In this document: in pieces, positions 29,966 through 39,755 of the stretch
Position numbering within the stretch: the first letter of the stretch is position 1
How the letters are laid out: every line of letters starts with the position of its first letter
Assembly: GCA_965116025.1 (NCBI GenBank)
Contig: OZ220480.1
Coordinates: forward strand, 1,568,001 to 1,632,000
Source: an uncultured candidatus Porisulfidus sp.
GTDB lineage: Bacteria > Pseudomonadota > Gammaproteobacteria > Poriferisulfidales > Poriferisulfidaceae
DNA length: 64,000 bases
Reading direction: 5' to 3'
Notes under the pieces: model-generated
What the model saw: only the letters and a program-made list of their open reading frames with translations
Told to the model about the DNA's origin: nothing
Database searches by the model: none
Program-made: the position numbers and the translations under genes

Positions 29966-31381
29966 ATGCCCGATTCTACAGCGAAGCCCTGGGCCGGTCG
30001 GTTCGCCCAAGCGACCGACAGTCAGGTGGAGGCGTTCACCGCGTCCGTCCACTTCGACCAGCGCTTGTATCCCTATGACATCCAGGGCTCGGTGGCGCAC
30101 GCCCGCGCGTTGCGTCGGGCGGGCGTGATTAGCGAGGAGGAATGCGAGACTCTCGTCGAGGGGCTGGCACGGACGCGAGCGCGCATCGATGCCGGTGAGG
30201 TCGAGTGGGATCCGGGGCTTGAGGACGTGCACATGAACATTGAGGCGATGCTGGTCGCTGAGGTTGGGGAGGTCGGCAAGAAGCTCCATACCGGCCGCTC
30301 CCGCAACGACCAGGTGGCCACCGATCTACGGCTGTACGTCCGGGCCGAGCAGGCGCGACTGGACGCCGAGGCGCATGCCCTGCAGTCGATTTTGGTCGAG
30401 CGGGCCGAGGTGGAAGCGGAGACCTTGATGGCGGGGTTCACTCACCTGCAGACGGCGCAACCGATCACGTTGGGCCACCATCTTCTAGCTTGGCACGAGA
30501 TGCTCAGGCGTGATCGGCAACGCTTGGCGGAGGCGTTTCGGCGCGCCAACGTCTTGCCGCTCGGGGCCGCGGCGCTGGCCGGATCCGGCTATCCGCTGGA
30601 CCGGCGCTACGTGGCGGACCTCTTGGGATTTGACGATCTTTGCGACAACTCCCTGGACGCGGTCAGCGACCGGGACTTCGCGATCGAGACCTGCGCGGTC
30701 TTGGGGATCCTGATGGTGCATCTGTCCAGGATCGCGGAGGAGATCATCCTGTGGGCCAGCCCGGCGTTCGGCTGGGTCGATCTTCCAGACGAGCACTGCA
30801 CCGGATCCTCGCTCATGCCGCAGAAGAAGAATCCGGACGTTTTGGAACTGGTCCGTGGCAAAAGCGCGCGAGTCGTGGGAAACCTGCAGGCGCTTCTGAC
30901 GCTTATGAAGGCGCAACCCCTGGCTTACAACCGAGACAACCAAGAGGACAAGGAACCTCTGTTCGATAGTCTGGACACCGCGCGCGCTTGCCTGTCGATC
31001 TTGGGGCCACTGGCGCGGGCGATGACGTTCGATCGGAAACGGCTGCGGGAGGCGGCCGCGGGCGGCTACTCGACCGCCACGGACTTGGCGGACGCGCTGG
31101 TGGCCCGTGGCGTGGCGTTCCGGGACGCGCATCGCGTCACCGGGAAGATCGTCGCCCACGCGGTGGAGCGTGGCGTGACTCTGGACGCGCTGAAGCTTGA
31201 GGAGGCCCGGCGGTTCAGCCCGGCCATCGATGCCGAGCTGCTCAAGTCGCTAACCCCGGAGCAGTCGGTCGCGGCGCGTGGGCTGCACGGCGGCACCGCT
31301 CCCGACGCGGTGCGCGCGCGAGTGGCGCGGGCGCGCGAGGAGCTCGCGGCCGGGCCATTGGCGATGCCGAAGCTGCCCTGA
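29966..31381 (+). CDS. argH: Argininosuccinate lyase
   Basis: WAGRF, EDVHMNIE, HTGRSRNDQV, TGSSLMPQKKNPD, YNRDNQEDK. Confidence 0.99.
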   Translation: MPDSTAKPWAGRFAQATDSQVEAFTASVHFDQRLYPYDIQGSVAHARALRRAGVISEEECETLVEGLARTRARIDAGEVEWDPGLEDVHMNIEAMLVAEVGEVGKKLHTGRSRNDQVATDLRLYVRAEQARLDAEAHALQSILVERAEVEAETLMAGFTHLQTAQPITLGHHLLAWHEMLRRDRQRLAEAFRRANVLPLGAAALAGSGYPLDRRYVADLLGFDDLCDNSLDAVSDRDFAIETCAVLGILMVHLSRIAEEIILWASPAFGWVDLPDEHCTGSSLMPQKKNPDVLELVRGKSARVVGNLQALLTLMKAQPLAYNRDNQEDKEPLFDSLDTARACLSILGPLARAMTFDRKRLREAAAGGYSTATDLADALVARGVAFRDAHRVTGKIVAHAVERGVTLDALKLEEARRFSPAIDAELLKSLTPEQSVAARGLHGGTAPDAVRARVARAREELAAGPLAMPKLP

Positions 31382-31387
31382 ACCGGT

Positions 31388-32044
31388 TCAGTCCAGGTGG
31401 CGACGCAGGAATTCGCCGAGCGCGGCGAGCTCCTCCTCGGTGACGGCGTGACCGAAGTCCGCGCCATGCCAGTCGACGGACATCCCGCGCGCGCGCAGCC
31501 AGTCTCGGGATGCCGCGCCATATTCGGGGAGAACGACCTCGTCGGCGGTTCCGTGGGCCAGGAACGCGGGAGTTCGCGATGTCAGGCGGTCGGCCCGCCG
31601 CGCTAAATATTCGTCCTGCGGCAGATAGCCGGAAAGGCAGACGACCGCGGCGAGAGGCTCGGGATGGGTCAGCGTGGTGAACAGCGCCTGGGCACCGCCT
31701 TGGGAGAACCCGCCGATGGCAAGTCGCTCAATCCCGGCTTTCCGCTGTTTCTCGAGCTCGTCGCGGACGCGCCGGGCGCTCGCTTCCAGTCCAGCCAGAT
31801 CGCTGGTGACGCGCCCGCCTGGCTCCGGCAGGATATCGAACCAGGAAGGGGCGACCTGTCCGCCGAAGATCGTGACGGCCTGTGGCGTGGCTTGCGGCGC
31901 GATCACGCGCAGGCCCGGGCAGCGTAACTGGCGGCTCAGGTCCGCGAAATCGCTCGCGTTGGCGCCCAGTCCGTGCAGCCAGACCAGCGCGGAGCGCGCG
32001 GGGCCGTCGTCGGGTTCCAGGATCAGGGCGTCGGGACTGCTCAT
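31388..32044 (-). CDS. Phospholipase/carboxylesterase (alpha/beta hydrolase)
   Basis: WLHGLGA, PSWFDI, GGFSQGG nucleophile elbow, AHGTADEVV, GHAV. Confidence 0.92.
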   Translation of the reverse strand: MSSPDALILEPDDGPARSALVWLHGLGANASDFADLSRQLRCPGLRVIAPQATPQAVTIFGGQVAPSWFDILPEPGGRVTSDLAGLEASARRVRDELEKQRKAGIERLAIGGFSQGGAQALFTTLTHPEPLAAVVCLSGYLPQDEYLARRADRLTSRTPAFLAHGTADEVVLPEYGAASRDWLRARGMSVDWHGADFGHAVTEEELAALGEFLRRHLD

Positions 32045-32126
32045 GGGGTGGAGCGGGCACCATTGCGGCGGGGTCTGGAGGAAGCCCTCATAGTATAGTA
32101 AGCGCCACGCCGACAGGAGAGGTCGC

Positions 32127-32237
32127 ATGAGCGTTTTTCGATGGTTTTTTCTGGGCCTCGCGCTGGGCGGGGCGCTGGCCGGTTGCGGACAGATGGGGCC
32201 GCTTGATCCCCCGCCAGGCGTCGCGACCAGCTCTTGA
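32127..32237 (+). CDS. lptM: Small lipoprotein LptM/YifL (36 aa, not in the ORF track)
   Basis: MSVFRWFFLGLALGGALAG-CGQMGPLDPP: lipobox plus CGxxGPL motif, directly upstream of lysA as is typical. Confidence 0.85.
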   Translation: MSVFRWFFLGLALGGALAGCGQMGPLDPPPGVATSS

Positions 32238-33493
32238 TGCGAGACTTTCTTTATCGGGACGGAAGATTGCATGCCGAATCCGTTCCCTTGGAACGGATCG
32301 CGGAGGAATACGGCACGCCATGTTTCGTGTATTCCGCCGCCGCGATGACGCGCCAAGTGGTGGAGTTGCGAACGGCGTTCTCCGATCTGTCCTGCCGCAT
32401 CTGCTATGCGGTCAAGGCCAACGGAAACCTCGCCGTGCTGCAACGCCTGGCGGAACTGGGTTGCGCCTTCGATCTCGTTTCTGGAGGCGAGCTAGCGCGC
32501 GCGCGCGCGGCGGGCGGCGATTTGTCGAAGTCGGTCTTCTCGGGCGTTGGCAAGACTTCGGAGGAGATCCGGTGGGCCTTGGATGCTGGCATCGGGGCTT
32601 TTCACGTGGAGTCGACGAGCGAGCTGGAGCGGATCTCTCGCATCGCGCGCGAGGAGGGGAAGACGGCCCCGGTCTCCCTGCGCGTGAATCCCGCCATCGA
32701 CGTGGACACGCATCCGCACATCGCCACGGGGTTTCGTGGCAGCAAGTTCGGCATTCCCTGGGACCAGGCGCTGGAGACCTACCGTCTCGCGAATCGTCTG
32801 GATGGGCTGGAAATTCGCGGAGTGGCCTGTCACGTCGGTTCCCAGCTGGTCGACGTGGAGCCGATCCTCGCGGCCGCGCGACAACTGGCGGGGCTGGCGG
32901 ACCGGTTGCGCGACGAGGGGATCGCGCTCGAATATTTGGATGTCGGCGGCGGTCTCGGGATTCGCTATCGCGACGAGAAGCCCCCGTCGGTCGATGCCTA
33001 CGCGGCGGGTTTGCGCGAAGCGATAGGGGAGCGACCCCTGTCCTTGATCATCGAGCCGGGACGGTACGTCATGGGCGGCGCGGGCGTGCTGCTGACCCGG
33101 GTGGAATACGTTAAGCCCGCGACGGACGGGCGCTTCGTGGTGGTGGACGCGGCCATGACCGAGCTGATGCGCCCGGCCCTGTACGGGGCTTGGCACGAGA
33201 TCGTGCCGGTCATTCGGGAGGAGGGGCGGGAGCGCGTGAACTGCGACGTCGTGGGCCCGGTGTGTGAGACGGCCGATTTTCTTGGTCGATCCAGGCGCCT
33301 CTCGGTGGAGGAGGGAGAATTGCTGGCGGCGCTCTCCTGCGGGGCCTACGCGGCCTCCATGGGCAGCTTCTACAATTCCCGGCCGCTGGCCGCTGAGGTG
33401 ATGGTCGATGGCGACCGCCACGATCTGGTTCGGAGCCGAGGAGAGGTGGAATGGCTGTACGCCGGGGAGCGGCCTCGAAATGGAAAAATATGA
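32237..33493 (+). CDS. lysA: Diaminopimelate decarboxylase
   Basis: YGTPCFVYS, YAVKAN, HVGSQL, DVGGGLG, IEPGR, GPVCETAD, GAYAASM..YNSRP. Confidence 0.98.
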   Translation: MRDFLYRDGRLHAESVPLERIAEEYGTPCFVYSAAAMTRQVVELRTAFSDLSCRICYAVKANGNLAVLQRLAELGCAFDLVSGGELARARAAGGDLSKSVFSGVGKTSEEIRWALDAGIGAFHVESTSELERISRIAREEGKTAPVSLRVNPAIDVDTHPHIATGFRGSKFGIPWDQALETYRLANRLDGLEIRGVACHVGSQLVDVEPILAAARQLAGLADRLRDEGIALEYLDVGGGLGIRYRDEKPPSVDAYAAGLREAIGERPLSLIIEPGRYVMGGAGVLLTRVEYVKPATDGRFVVVDAAMTELMRPALYGAWHEIVPVIREEGRERVNCDVVGPVCETADFLGRSRRLSVEEGELLAALSCGAYAASMGSFYNSRPLAAEVMVDGDRHDLVRSRGEVEWLYAGERPRNGKI

Positions 33494-33735
33494 TCGGGAG
33501 CGATTCGCGCGCGGGGCCAACCGTGCTATCAAGGCGCTGATTCGCCAGTAGATCGATCCTCGGACACGTGGCGCGCAGGCGCGCGCTATGGCTTGACGGA
33601 CGCGCTCTCGATGTCGTTCGAGGCGAGGTGTCGGGAGACGGACGAGAGCGCCATGGCGTTGGAGGCGGAATTCCGCTGGTGAGGATGGCGGATGGTCTTC
33701 AAGGCCGATTCTCCGTCCATGCTGTCACGTCTTCG

Positions 33736-33762
33736 GTTCAGGCCGCGTTTCGCGGCCTGAAC
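33736..33762. repeat. Perfect 12-bp stem hairpin in the lysA-RTX intergenic region
   Basis: GTTCAGGCCGCG-TTT-CGCGGCCTGAAC. Confidence 0.7.
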
Positions 33763-33984
33763 GCGCCGGTGGCGAGCGTCGCCGGTCGAGGCGTTAACAC
33801 ACTTTCACTATCGCGTCTGGAGTCTGGCGGACCCCCCGTTCGGAGGGCTTTCGCGACATCGGATCATTAATGATGTCCTGGGTGCTGCCCTTTCGAATTC
33901 CAGTTTGCAAGATTTGGCGCGAAAATGAGCGAGGGTGATACAATTCCCGTCGCGAAATGATTCTAAATTGAGAGGGAGCAAACC

Positions 33985-34674
33985 ATGAGCAGCTGGAAAA
34001 CAGGACACCCGATCCTTACGGACGATTCTTTCCTTAAATGGTGGCAGGATTACAACGCGGACTACGATTACGTTGGTACCGCAGGCAATGACTTTGTCGG
34101 CCGCGGCGATGGCGACGACAAGATGTTCGGCGGTGACGGCGACGACCGGCTAGGGGGGCGCGGGGGCGATGACGTTCTGAAAGGCGGTAAGGGTGACGAC
34201 ATGTTGCACGGCGGCGCCGGCGACGACAAGATGAAAGGCGGCCGGGGCGATGACTTTCTGTTCGGCAATGATGGCGACGATTGGATGAAAGGCGGCCGGG
34301 GCGATGACATGATGGAAGGCCACGACGGCGATGACACGTTGCTCGGTGGCCAGGGCGATGATCGGTTGGGCGGCGGCAAGGGCGATGACGTTCTGCACGG
34401 CGGCCAGGGCGATGATCGGATGTCCGGCGACGAGGGCGCTGATAGCTTCACTTTCGCAGGCCATAAAGGTGACGACATAATCAAGGACTTCCAAGACGGC
34501 GAGGACATGATCGTGTTCGCGGAAGAAATGGGCTTGACGTTCGAGGACTTGACCATCGAGCAGAGCAGAACAGGCGGCGCGATAATCACCGGGCCCGACG
34601 GTGACTGGAGCATCGAGCTCTGGATAGTAGATGTTTCGGACTTGACCGATTCCGATTTCGACTTCATGGGGTGA
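33985..34674 (+). CDS. RTX (GGxGxDxhx) calcium-binding repeat protein, probable T1SS substrate
   Basis: 14 consecutive nonapeptides; C-terminus [17 protein letters not shown]; RBS GAGGGAG. Confidence 0.92.
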   Translation: MSSWKTGHPILTDDSFLKWWQDYNADYDYVGTAGNDFVGRGDGDDKMFGGDGDDRLGGRGGDDVLKGGKGDDMLHGGAGDDKMKGGRGDDFLFGNDGDDWMKGGRGDDMMEGHDGDDTLLGGQGDDRLGGGKGDDVLHGGQGDDRMSGDEGADSFTFAGHKGDDIIKDFQDGEDMIVFAEEMGLTFEDLTIEQSRTGGAIITGPDGDWSIELWIVDVSDLTDSDFDFMG

Positions 34675-34723
34675 GGCGCTGACTTCGCCCTGTCTGATAA
34701 CAACAACGCTACTGAAGAACAAA

Positions 34724-36106
34724 ATGGCTAGAGAAAAAACTGAAGGTACCCCCGAGTCCGATTTTGAAGACTATTACGGTCCAGGTGACCCCGATAACTA
34801 TCGTTCTGGTGCTGGGAATCTGAAGGGGAAAGACGATCAAAACGACTGGATATACGGGTTCTTGGGCAATGACTCGCTATATGGGGAAGGGGGCAACGAT
34901 CGTCTGTTCGGCGGCCCGGGTGACGACGACCTATTCGGCGGCGAGGGCAACGACACGTTGCGCGGCGGCGATGGCGACGACTATATGGAAGGCGGAGCGG
35001 GCAAGGACACGATGACCGGGGGCGATGGCGATGATGAGATGGATGGCGGCGCGGGCAACGACACTATGAAAGGCGGTGCTGGCGCTGACACGATGCGCGG
35101 CGGCGCGGGCAACGACACGATGACCGGGGGCGATGGTCATAACACGATGTCCGGCGGCGAGGGGAACGACGTTATGACCGGTGGCAATGACCGGAACACG
35201 ATGAGCGGCGATGAAGGAAATGACGAGATCACCGGCGGCGCGCTCAAGGACACAATACGCGGAGGGTCGGGCAACGACATGATCGAGGGAGGCGATGGCG
35301 ACGACGTTCTGTTCGGCGACATGCTCGCGGACGGCTCCAACCCGAAACTGACTCCCGAAGGCGAAAGCCAAAATGGCGCCGAAGGAAACGATACTATCGA
35401 AGGCGGCAAGGGCGATGATGAGATATATGGCGGGGGCGGCAACGATACGCTGAAGGGAGGCGAGGGCGACGACAAGATGTTCGGCGGCAAGGGTGATGAC
35501 GTTATCGAAGGCGGCGCGGGAATCAACCTATTGAAAGGCGATGATGGCGACGACACGCTGAAGGGCGGGGATGAACGTGACGAGATACATGGCGGCGCGG
35601 GAAACGACAAGATTTTCGGCGGCGGGGGCAATGATGAGATATACGGGATCGCTGGCAAGAACACGATAGACGGCGGCGCGGGCAACGACATAATTAACGG
35701 CAGCGATGATGACGACAAGATAGACGGCGGGTCGGGCGTTGACACGATCCGAGGGTGGGGAGGCGATGACCAGATAGACGGCGGCGCCGGTGATGACACG
35801 ATGAACGGCGGCAAGGGCGATGATACTTTTAAGTTTTCCGGCCTGCTCGGACACGATACTATCCTCGAATTTAAGAAGTTCGGCAGTGACATACTTAAAA
35901 TCGTGAAGGATGGGATCACCTCGATCCGTAATTTGGATATCTTCCAAGATGGCAAGCACACGAAAATCCAAGAGTTCTACAAGCCGAAGCCGGGCGAGAC
36001 GACGTCGGGTCCGAATCAGAGAGACACTGATCCTGACTGGACGATCACGCTTGAGAATTTCACCGCTTCAGACCTGACGGATTCTGACTTCGACTTCATG
36101 GGCTGA
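34724..36106 (+). CDS. RTX calcium-binding repeat protein, paralogue of the upstream gene
   Basis: Two blocks of about 17 nonapeptides; same C-terminal [11 protein letters not shown]. Confidence 0.92.
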   Translation: MAREKTEGTPESDFEDYYGPGDPDNYRSGAGNLKGKDDQNDWIYGFLGNDSLYGEGGNDRLFGGPGDDDLFGGEGNDTLRGGDGDDYMEGGAGKDTMTGGDGDDEMDGGAGNDTMKGGAGADTMRGGAGNDTMTGGDGHNTMSGGEGNDVMTGGNDRNTMSGDEGNDEITGGALKDTIRGGSGNDMIEGGDGDDVLFGDMLADGSNPKLTPEGESQNGAEGNDTIEGGKGDDEIYGGGGNDTLKGGEGDDKMFGGKGDDVIEGGAGINLLKGDDGDDTLKGGDERDEIHGGAGNDKIFGGGGNDEIYGIAGKNTIDGGAGNDIINGSDDDDKIDGGSGVDTIRGWGGDDQIDGGAGDDTMNGGKGDDTFKFSGLLGHDTILEFKKFGSDILKIVKDGITSIRNLDIFQDGKHTKIQEFYKPKPGETTSGPNQRDTDPDWTITLENFTASDLTDSDFDFMG

Positions 36107-36473
36107 TAGGCGAAAGGCCGGGCGCGTGATCCGCGAGTGAGCGAGCAGTCATGTATGTTCTGCTCATCCTGACATTCTGTATTAGCTTTCTAGCCATCGT
36201 TCTTTTTCAGCGCGCGGCCTATTTCGATCCGATTGAGGATGCGCGTTTAGAGAAATGGTCGCTATTGAAATGAGATATTTTTTCACCGAGTACCGTGCGG
36301 AAGTTTTGACTGGCTCCGCTGGATGGACCTGCCGTCGCGAGTCATGGTCATCAGCGACTCTGGCGGCCTCGCGCGGGCAGCGTTCTCAAGGCTTGGAAAG
36401 AGTACCGCCGCTGGGAGGTCGAGCATCCTCGGGCGACAGAAAGACAGAAAAGCCTCTCCATGCTGAAATCTTC

Positions 36474-37271
36474 ATGAACGTTCGCGCGACGGCTTCGTTG
36501 CTTCTGTTTTTCGCTCCCTTCGCGTGGGCGGAATGCTCCCGCGACGATATCCAATTTTATCTGGACAGGGGGTTCACGACCGAGCAGATCACGTCGCTGT
36601 GCTCGGAGCCGGTCGGTGAGGAGAAGGAGCGATACCGCGCGTATACCGAAGAATACGTCGACCGGAAGGACCGGGAATATCAGATGCGGATGCGGCTGGA
36701 GCGCGAGGCCGCTTTGCGCAGCGCGATTGAGGGCACGGATATCCGGCTTGAGAGAGGCTACTTGTCCTACGTTCGTCCGCAGTGCGTCAGCGAGGGAGTC
36801 GAGAAGGATCGCGCGTTCGGGCTGAAGTCTTGCCCGAATATCCGTTATAGGATCAAGCTGGCGGGGCTGGAAGTTGACGAGAACGCGTACAAGAAAAGGT
36901 TTCTGTTCGGGCAGAAGATGGTTCGAGTGGTCGGAGAGATCAGGCGGCAGGAAATGCCGGGCGCTTTCGCCGACATCCCAGACGAGTATTGGCGGAACGT
37001 TCTCCGCAAGAAACTGGAGACAGGAGATTCGACCAAGATCCCGTTGCGGGAGGGCGTGGACTTTCACTTCGCGCGCGGCGCGCTGAAGGATATGGTCGAT
37101 TTCGAGACGGAACGCGTTCGGCGATTGGCGAAGGGCCAGAGCGCGGAGGAAGGCGGCCTTGATGATCTGGGAAAGACGCTCGACAGCGAATCCGGGAATG
37201 GTTCCGCCGGGCGGTCGGACGAAGACGAGAAGAAGAGCCTGTTTGACGAATTGGCCGAAATCTTCGATTGA
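36474..37271 (+). CDS. Exported hypothetical protein
   Basis: Signal peptide MNVRATASLLLFFAPFAWA; four Cys; acidic C-terminus. Confidence 0.7.
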   Translation: MNVRATASLLLFFAPFAWAECSRDDIQFYLDRGFTTEQITSLCSEPVGEEKERYRAYTEEYVDRKDREYQMRMRLEREAALRSAIEGTDIRLERGYLSYVRPQCVSEGVEKDRAFGLKSCPNIRYRIKLAGLEVDENAYKKRFLFGQKMVRVVGEIRRQEMPGAFADIPDEYWRNVLRKKLETGDSTKIPLREGVDFHFARGALKDMVDFETERVRRLAKGQSAEEGGLDDLGKTLDSESGNGSAGRSDEDEKKSLFDELAEIFD

Positions 37272-37306
37272 CTGGAGAAAAGCCTGATCGAGCGATAATT
37301 CTTGCC

Positions 37307-37621
37307 ATGGACATGCGACGGAACATCATCGACAAACTGCGAGCGCAGCTGACTCCGGTTTATTTGGACGTGGAGGATGAGAGCCACATGCACAACGTTC
37401 CATCTGGAGCGCAATCGCATTTCAAGGTGACGGTGGTCGCGGAGGAATTCGCCGGGCGGTCGTTGCTGGGGCGGCACCGACGGATCAACCGGATCTTGGC
37501 CGAGGAGTTGGCTGGCCAGGTGCATGCGCTGGCTTTGCATACCCTGAGCGAGGAGGAATGGCGGGCCGATCCGAACGTGCCGGACAGTCCGCCGTGTCGG
37601 GGTGGCGGCTCGAAAGATTAG
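37307..37621 (+). CDS. bolA: BolA family protein
   Basis: DESHMH, SHFKVTVV..F, RHRRI, HALALHT, PDSPPCRGG. Confidence 0.95.
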   Translation: MDMRRNIIDKLRAQLTPVYLDVEDESHMHNVPSGAQSHFKVTVVAEEFAGRSLLGRHRRINRILAEELAGQVHALALHTLSEEEWRADPNVPDSPPCRGGGSKD

Positions 37622-37896
37622 CTCAAGCCGCCAGCCTGACGAAATCCGCTGACTGGTTCCAGCACCTCAATCTCGCAGACCGCGCCCGGTTCCAAGGCGA
37701 ACCAGTCGCCGCCATGCAGGTTGATCGGCGTTTGGCCAGCCGCGTGAATCCGCAAGCGACCGTCGAGAAGAACATACTCCTCGCGCGCGGTCGCCTCGCG
37801 AACGGTCCGGCCTTTCGGGGCCTCCCACTCCGGCCAGTCCTCCACGCCCCAGACCTCGAGTTTCGCGGGCGAGACGCGTCGCTCGTGCTGGATCAT
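37618..37896 (-). CDS. Small cupin-domain protein (DUF861/cupin_3-like)
   Basis: GVEDWPEW, EEYVLLDG, GDWFALEPG..CEIEVLEP. Confidence 0.75.
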   Translation of the reverse strand: MIQHERRVSPAKLEVWGVEDWPEWEAPKGRTVREATAREEYVLLDGRLRIHAAGQTPINLHGGDWFALEPGAVCEIEVLEPVSGFRQAGGLS

Positions 37897-38678
37897 GGCT
37901 GTCCGAGTCGAGCAGGGTATCGCGTCGCCCTCGGTGGGTTCGCCTTGAGTTCGCCCAGCAGGGCGGTCGCCAGCTCGTGGATGATTCGGGCGTAGGCATC
38001 CTTGGGCGGTATTTCGATCGCGCGAGCGAGCAGTTCGCTTGCCCGATCATAATTCGAGCGCCGGTCCAGCAGCAGAATTCCATACGCGTACAGGTACAGC
38101 GTGGGCTTGTCGTTCGGCATCAGATCGAGGGCGCGTTGGAAGTGATCCAGCGCGTCCTTTTCGCTGGCACCGTAGAGGATACCGGCCATGACGCCGCCCG
38201 CGTGCCGGGCTTCCGCATGCCAGGAGCCTAAGCTGAAGTGAGCGGCCGCCATGTCTGGATTCAGTCGGAGAGCCTCTTCAAGCGCTTCGCGCGCTTTTTC
38301 CGGGTAGTTTCGTCTGAAGGCTTCTGTCAACCCGACCGTTTGCGTGTATCTCCCGAGGGCGTGAGCTAACTGGAGATGGGCGTTCGGGTTTTCCGGGTCC
38401 AGCCGAACCGCCTCCTTAGCCAGTTTCGTCGCGCGCTCGAGCGGAGCCTTTTTCCGGTCGCCTTTGGCGATGTGGTAGCCGTGGATCGCCAGAGATTCGG
38501 CCGCGAAGGCGTAGCCCTCGGAAGTATTGAGCGCCGCCGAGAGTTCGGACGCCTTGGTGAACTGGCCTTCGGCGAAAGCGGCGCGCGCTGCCTCCATGGA
38601 TGGAGTTCCCGCCGGGCTGATTGGCGGAATCGAGCACGCGATGGCGAGACAAGCTAGGGAAACGGAGTTTCTTCTCAT
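37893..38678 (-). CDS. Exported TPR-like helical repeat protein
   Basis: Signal peptide; EAVRLDPENPNAHLQLAHALG and EALRLNPDMAAAHFSLG TPR-like repeats. Confidence 0.8.
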   Translation of the reverse strand: MRRNSVSLACLAIACSIPPISPAGTPSMEAARAAFAEGQFTKASELSAALNTSEGYAFAAESLAIHGYHIAKGDRKKAPLERATKLAKEAVRLDPENPNAHLQLAHALGRYTQTVGLTEAFRRNYPEKAREALEEALRLNPDMAAAHFSLGSWHAEARHAGGVMAGILYGASEKDALDHFQRALDLMPNDKPTLYLYAYGILLLDRRSNYDRASELLARAIEIPPKDAYARIIHELATALLGELKANPPRATRYPARLGQP

Positions 38679-38717
38679 CAGGATCTTCGCTTCGCGCGAA
38701 AATGGAGAGAAAAAATT

Positions 38718-39155
38718 CTAGCCGGACTCGTTTGGCGAGCCGAGGTCGCGGACCTTGATCTTCGCCCTATGGACGGGGGGTTCAGATAAAGAGTTCAGGG
38801 CCTGCCTCATTCGGGTTTCGGTAACGGGCAACTCCAGAGCGGCGCGGAAATCGTAGCGTTCCTGGATCCGCTTGAACTGCGCTTGACGTTCTGGCTCCAT
38901 GATCGCCAGAGTCTGAATTTCGGGGCGTCTCTGGACTAGCGCGATCATGGATTCCAAGTTGCTGGCACGGTCGCGAAAGTCGGACTGAAAATTGAATTCG
39001 CAGACGATGACGTCGGGAGGCCGCCGCTTGATGCTGGCCAGCGCCTCGCGCATGGAGGCGCGGACCTCGACTGAGAATCCCAGTCGTCGATACAAAGGAG
39101 TGAAATCCGGATAGCCGCCCAGTTCGATAATGGCGAGCAGGCGCCGCGCGCTCAC
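38718..39155 (-). CDS. Receiver-like single-domain protein (pseudo-receiver)
   Basis: CheY-like pattern SMREALASIKRRPPDVIVCE, with Glu at the phospho-Asp position. Confidence 0.65.
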   Translation of the reverse strand: MSARRLLAIIELGGYPDFTPLYRRLGFSVEVRASMREALASIKRRPPDVIVCEFNFQSDFRDRASNLESMIALVQRRPEIQTLAIMEPERQAQFKRIQERYDFRAALELPVTETRMRQALNSLSEPPVHRAKIKVRDLGSPNESG

Positions 39156-39733
39156 GCGCTGCTCTCGGCTTGCGCTCCGGCGCCCGGATGGGGCGCGATG
39201 GTTCCGGTGTGCACTCTGCTACCGTTACCGGGCCCATGTTCGAGGTAGAGCTCGAGATTCGCCCGGATGACGTCGAAAGCGATGACGTCCCAAGGAATAT
39301 CGTCCGGGGCGACGAGCTCGGTGCGGGAAGATTCCGGTCCGGGCACGGATTTTCCGTCGACCAGCGTTCCGCTGTATATCGCGTAGATTTGCGAGATATG
39401 CGGAAGGCTATGCAAGGAGAATAACTGAATGCCCGCGATTTCCGCGGTCGCTTCCTCCATGCATTCGCGGCGAGCGCATTCCTCCACGGTCTCATGCTTT
39501 TCCATGAAGCCAGCGGGCAGCGTCCACAGTCCGAGCTTTGGCTTGATGGCGCGCTTGCAAAGCAATATCTTGCCTTCCCACTCCAAAATGGCGCCCGCGA
39601 CCATCAGAGGATTCTGGTAAATGATGTAGCCGCAACGTCCGCAAATGTTGCGCCTTTTGGTGTCGCCGGGTGGGATTCGGTATTCTAGGCTGCCCGCGCC
39701 GCACTGGGGACAGTAGAGGGGTTTGGCGTACAT
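39152..39733 (-). CDS. Zn-ribbon NUDIX hydrolase
   Basis: CPQCG..CGRCG, YQNP, WTLPAGFMEKHETVEECARRECMEEA. Confidence 0.93.
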   Translation of the reverse strand: MYAKPLYCPQCGAGSLEYRIPPGDTKRRNICGRCGYIIYQNPLMVAGAILEWEGKILLCKRAIKPKLGLWTLPAGFMEKHETVEECARRECMEEATAEIAGIQLFSLHSLPHISQIYAIYSGTLVDGKSVPGPESSRTELVAPDDIPWDVIAFDVIRANLELYLEHGPGNGSRVHTGTIAPHPGAGAQAESSA

Positions 39734-39755
39734 ATGTGGGCCTCTCGTATCGCTG

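Noticed and set aside
34060-35830. 27-nt periodicity that could resemble a CRISPR or tandem DNA array
   Set aside because: Fully explained by RTX nonapeptide coding; no constant repeat with unique spacers and no cas genes
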